Shown here: positions 61,157 to 64,000 of the stretch, one piece after another
Position numbering within the stretch: the first letter of the stretch is position 1
How the letters are laid out: the number at the start of each line of letters is the position of its first letter
Source of the DNA: Candidatus Micrarchaeota archaeon
GTDB taxonomy: Archaea > Micrarchaeota > Micrarchaeia > Micrarchaeales > CABMGC01
Direction of reading: 5' to 3'
DNA: 64,000 nt
Assembly: GCA_021828295.1 (NCBI GenBank)
Contig: JAKASF010000001.1
Location: 2,702-66,701 of the forward strand
Notes under the pieces: model-generated
What the model was told of the DNA's origin: nothing
The model's input: only the letters and a program-made list of their open reading frames with translations
Database searches by the model: none
Program-made: the position numbers and the translations under genes

Positions 61157-61884
61157 GCAGCTCCCAACCCCGTCTCCAGCTCCTGCAGCAGCGCCTCGCC
61201 CTTTAGCACCTCGTGCTCGAAGCCCAGCATCGAGGAGAACGAGTCCGCCATTATCCCCGCGTTCCTGGAAGCTTCCCGCGCCGCGTCGATTCCGCTCTGA
61301 GACCTGGCGAATGTCTTCAAGCACATGCTCAAACTCAGCAGTTTTTCTCCGCGCACACTGCGTATCTCGCTCTCAATTGTGCTCAGTTCTCTCCTCAGCC
61401 CGTTGATCCTGTCCTGCTTCTTCGGGTCCGTCCTGGCAAGCTCTATCTCTTTGAGTCTCCTCTTTTCCTCTAGGGCGTCGAGTATGCGTACGTGTTCGAC
61501 GCTTCTCACACCTAGGCCGAACTCGAACGGGAAATCTGCCTTTGCCACAAGCGTCTCCAGGTGCTCGCCGTTTCTCTCTCCAGGGTCGCCGCTGAGGAGC
61601 ACGCACGAAACCGCATGATATTCATTCCCGATCTTCTTGACTGCGGCTGACAGGTCCTCGCTGAGCGTATAGCCGTCGCTTATCTCTATCACGCTCCCGC
61701 GCCTCAGCAGGAGGTTGTTGATCACGTGTCCGGAGCGGAAGTAGAGAGCCGAGGCGAGGAGCAGCACCACCGAGAGAAGCACCAGTGCTCCGCTCTGCAT
61801 CAAAAGCGCTGAGACGAAAATGACTCCAGCAAGCGAGTAGAATGCGTAAGAGTAAAATGCGTTCCTTACTTCAAGTTTCGTCAT
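61153..61884 (-). CDS. 2-TM + soluble-domain protein (locus B), homologue of 16858..17688 and 17697..18521
   Basis: MTKLEVRNAFYSYAFYSLAGVIFVSALLMQSGALVLLSVVLLLASALYF, then ...ADFPFEFGLGVRSVEHVRILDALEEKRRLKEIELAR. The ATG at 61884 lies 4 nt after the upstream stop. Confidence 0.65.
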   Translation of the reverse strand: MTKLEVRNAFYSYAFYSLAGVIFVSALLMQSGALVLLSVVLLLASALYFRSGHVINNLLLRRGSVIEISDGYTLSEDLSAAVKKIGNEYHAVSCVLLSGDPGERNGEHLETLVAKADFPFEFGLGVRSVEHVRILDALEEKRRLKEIELARTDPKKQDRINGLRRELSTIESEIRSVRGEKLLSLSMCLKTFARSQSGIDAAREASRNAGIMADSFSSMLGFEHEVLKGEALLQELETGLGAA

Positions 61885-61888
61885 AAGA

Positions 61889-62896
61889 TCACAAGAGGTT
61901 GAACTTCCCGAAGAAGTTGTCCGAACCGAGCAGCGTGGCAAGCTCCTTCACCGATATTGCGGTGAGCATGAGGCTGAAAGCGGGCAGCACAAAAGAGTTC
62001 ATTATGAAGTAGGCAATAATGCCAAACGTGTAGCTCACGAGGTTAGATATCTGCTTCGAAACGGCTCCCCCGATGTCCTCAAGGCTGCCCACGATTCCCG
62101 TTCCGTTGGCTCCCTGGTTCGCGTAGGCCATCACGCTGCTTTCCACGTTACTCGTGTTCAACGAGAGCGTAGAGAGGCTTGTCTGGTTGGATACGAGCGT
62201 ATATGCGTTTGCTATGCCGGCATTGAGCAGGTAGGTCATTGGGAATACGATGTAGAAGCCTATCGCGAGCGCTATCAGGAAACCGCCAGTCTTTCTGGTG
62301 GGGTAGAAGGTGCGCAGTACAAGCCCCAGCGGAAGGATGAGGGTGAGCGCGCTTGCCGCTACGAAAATCAGGACCGACGCCTGGACAGTCGCGCTCACGG
62401 CTGCGGCCCCAAGAGCCTGTATCGCGCTCTGCACCTGTGCAAGCACCGGACTCAGAAAGAGCCTGAAGACGCCAAGCGCCGCATACAGCGATGTGAGCCC
62501 TATTATCAGGAGCGTGATGCTGCCCAGCACCGAGTAGTGGTAGCTGCCAAGGTAGTAGTACTGGCCCGGCCCTATGAGGTAATCGTACGCGAAGCAGATG
62601 GCCGCGTTGTACTGCAGAGATTGGCTGCAGCTGAGCCGTGTGCCGTTGGAGAGCACCGCTGCGTTGACAAAGGAGCCGACAACGCCGCCGTTGGCAAAAA
62701 GCACCAGGAAACCTCCGACGAGCGCGCCGTTGAACAAGGACTGCATTATCTCGTTCTTCCCCCATTCTTTGAGCCTCCTGTCGTTCATGGCGTAGCCGCA
62801 GCCCAGCAGCACTCCACCTATGGTCAGCATGATGCTGACAAGAATCACGGATATGTTCAACCCGTACAGTCCGAAAGGGGCCGAGAGGATCGTCAC
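61889..62896 (-). CDS. Polytopic membrane protein, 7th member of the array family (VirB6/TrbL/CedA-like candidate), locus B
   Basis: Family motif LVLRTFYPTRKTGGFLIALAIGFYIVFP. C-terminal tail ISVKELATLLGSDNFFGKFNLL. GTGA overlap with the pilin-like gene stop. Confidence 0.7.
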   Translation of the reverse strand: MTILSAPFGLYGLNISVILVSIMLTIGGVLLGCGYAMNDRRLKEWGKNEIMQSLFNGALVGGFLVLFANGGVVGSFVNAAVLSNGTRLSCSQSLQYNAAICFAYDYLIGPGQYYYLGSYHYSVLGSITLLIIGLTSLYAALGVFRLFLSPVLAQVQSAIQALGAAAVSATVQASVLIFVAASALTLILPLGLVLRTFYPTRKTGGFLIALAIGFYIVFPMTYLLNAGIANAYTLVSNQTSLSTLSLNTSNVESSVMAYANQGANGTGIVGSLEDIGGAVSKQISNLVSYTFGIIAYFIMNSFVLPAFSLMLTAISVKELATLLGSDNFFGKFNLL

Positions 62897-63270
62897 ACAG
62901 ACACGTTGGTTATGTTGGTAAGAAGGTGGGTCGAAGCAAGCGCCAGGCCGTTCGAGGCCACTGACAGCACCGCCACGATTATCGCACCCACAAGTATATC
63001 TATGGCCGTGGAATGGAAGTTTGCCCTCTTCGTTGCCGGGAAGAGCTGCCCTATGGCATAGAAGATTCCGGCCACGATGAAGAGCACGGCGCTCAGCACC
63101 GGGCCGAGATGAGCAAGGAGATTCTGTATGCCCGTAAGCGTGCCGATTATGTCAAACGAAAATGCTGCTGCGTAGGATTTTCCGGAGAACAGCATAAGCA
63201 GCAGCCACATTATCTTCGCATACCGTTTTACCACCGCGACGACCGTAGCTGCATAACTCTCTCTTCTCAT
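62893..63270 (-). CDS. Small two-helix membrane protein, VirB2/TrbC/CedA1-like pilin candidate (locus B)
   Basis: 125 aa. Signal-like IMWLLLMLFSGKSYAAAFS, helix VLSAVLFIVAGIFYAIGQLF, basic loop PATKRANFHS, helix TAIDILVGAIIVAVLSVA. It is a paralogue of 5643..6011. Confidence 0.6.
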   Translation of the reverse strand: MRRESYAATVVAVVKRYAKIMWLLLMLFSGKSYAAAFSFDIIGTLTGIQNLLAHLGPVLSAVLFIVAGIFYAIGQLFPATKRANFHSTAIDILVGAIIVAVLSVASNGLALASTHLLTNITNVSV

Positions 63271-63293
63271 TTATTTACCTCAATATCTAATCA

Positions 63294-63302
63294 TTTATTT
63301 AA
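63294..63302 (-). promoter_or_regulatory. TATA box (minus strand TTAAATAAA) for the locus B operon
   Basis: Centred about 28 nt upstream of the ATG at 63270, within an AT-rich divergent spacer (63271-63390). Confidence 0.45.
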
Positions 63303-63390
63303 GTAAAAGTATATAAGCTTTTCCGGCCATAGGCATACTCGAGCCTCCAAAAGCAAAGATTTATATCAGTTGTAATACATGTTATACAAT

Positions 63391-63657
63391 ATGAAGAAGG
63401 ATGTCCTTGTTGCGAGGAATGTGGACAAGGAGGCCTATGCCAGATTTAGACGAAAGGCGCTAGAGAGAGGGCTTAACGTTGGTGCGGCTCTAACAAGCGC
63501 CATGGAGCTGTGGATGGAAAAAGGCTCAAAAAAGAAAAAAGACATCAGAAACCTGATGGCTCTGGAGGGCTTCATAAAGATGGGCAGAAAAGGCAACTGG
63601 AGCGAACATGTAGACGACATATTATACGGGAGCTATAATGATATTCCTAGACACTAG
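63391..63657 (+). CDS. vapB: VapB-type antitoxin candidate (ribbon-helix-helix-like)
   Basis: MKKDVLVARNVDKEAYARFRRKALERGLNVGAALTSAMELW is RHH-like. It overlaps the downstream PIN gene by 20 nt. The TATA TTTATAT (63360-63366) lies 28 nt upstream. Confidence 0.55.
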   Translation: MKKDVLVARNVDKEAYARFRRKALERGLNVGAALTSAMELWMEKGSKKKKDIRNLMALEGFIKMGRKGNWSEHVDDILYGSYNDIPRH

Positions 63658-64000
63658 CTTTTTTGTTGCTTTTTGCTTAGAGGAAGACGATAGGCACGAG
63701 GAGGCTGTCAGGATAAGGAAAGAATTGTTTGCAGGCAAATTTGGGCATGCATACACTTCAGAATACGTGTTTGATGAAACGCTAACGCTGCTTCTGCATT
63801 TAACAAAAGATCTCCAAAAGACAATAAAATTTGGAGAGCTTCTTGGAAAAAGCGCAGAAATTCTCCCTGTGGGAAGCGGGGCGTTCTCCATGTCATGGAC
63901 CATTTTCAAGCAGCAGAGATCCACTAAGTTCAGCTTTACAGACTGCACAATAATAAACACGCTCAACAGCGCTAGAATAGGCAATATAGCAACTTTCGAC
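63638..64000 (+). CDS. vapC: PIN-domain toxin (VapC-like), first 121 codons; 3' end outside window
   Basis: Absent from the ORF track because there is no stop in the window. MIFLDTSFFVAFCLEEDDRHEEA...SEYVFDETLTLLL...FSFTDCTIINTL carries the conserved acidic residues of PIN domains (D5, E/D about 45, D about 100). Confidence 0.7.
   Translation, partial: MIFLDTSFFVAFCLEEDDRHEEAVRIRKELFAGKFGHAYTSEYVFDETLTLLLHLTKDLQKTIKFGELLGKSAEILPVGSGAFSMSWTIFKQQRSTKFSFTDCTIINTLNSARIGNIATFD

Noticed and set aside
61157-61324. 56-codon N-terminal extension of ATPase B (track ORF 60038-61324)
   Set aside because: It would overlap the upstream gene by 170 nt and is Gly/Arg/Ala-rich. The ATG at 61156 makes an ATGA junction with the upstream stop.
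55399-63270. Locus B as an element integrated at tRNA-Ile
   Set aside because: I found no integrase, no recognisable direct repeat of the tRNA 3' end, and no clear GC shift across 55.5-63.3 kb in the lines I sampled. Only the VapBC segment beyond 63.3 kb is AT-rich. This needs the flanking sequence and a computed repeat search.
1-64000. CRISPR arrays, IS elements/transposases, rRNA genes, integrases
   Set aside because: I saw no regularly spaced direct repeats with unique spacers, no transposase- or integrase-like ORFs and no rRNA-like sequence on reading through. All conspicuous repeats are protein-coding: LamG junctions, the Thr-rich stalk, P/Q tracts and Cys modules.

Overview
This 64-kb window is archaeal chromosomal DNA. 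The evidence is a set of archaeal informational genes (Pelota, L21e, RpoF/Rpo4, Topo VI-B, aIF2-gamma, S6e, Cdc48, archease), TATA-box promoters about 25-35 nt upstream of start codons, three tRNAs, roughly 55-60% GC by eye, and heavy use of AUA and AGG codons. I cannot assign a lineage from sequence alone; a small-genome DPANN- or Thermoplasmatota-like organism is only a guess. All calls come from motif and architecture recognition by eye, with no database searches.

Three accessory cell-envelope loci sit among the housekeeping genes.

- **Locus A (about 5.6-24.0 kb, plus strand).** This is an operon-like block of about 18 kb. It encodes a VirB2/TrbC-like two-helix protein, large polytopic proteins, and six tandem paralogous polytopic membrane proteins, three of which carry a repeated Cys-rich 'YVYETxCGD' module. 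These are followed by two paralogous 2-TM+soluble proteins, a VirB4/HerA-clade ATPase, small accessory proteins and a sequon-rich surface protein.
- **Locus B (about 56.3-63.3 kb, minus strand).** This is a compact, syntenic one-copy version of the same system, with the same order: pilin-like, polytopic, 2-TM+soluble, ATPase, coiled-coil/wHTH.
- **Locus C (about 36.8-51.5 kb).** This is a type IV pilus-like locus with an ArlI/PilB-family ATPase and a platform split into two TadB/TadC-like genes. It converges on an operon of five proteins with class III (prepilin-like) signal peptides, including giant multi-LamG proteins of 1120, 888 and 722 aa.

Loci A and B together are my best candidate for an undescribed system: an expanded relative of the Ced/T4SS machinery with no relaxase, coupling protein or integrase in view.

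Other notable items:
- a stand-alone single-repeat TBP
- a CBS-domain protein fused to an HPF/RaiA-like domain
- an archaeosortase-like protein
- a triple RCK-domain operon
- an AT-rich VapBC pair at the window edge

Many long ORFs in the supplied track are antisense or off-frame artefacts of the GC-biased coding sequence, and I rejected them.
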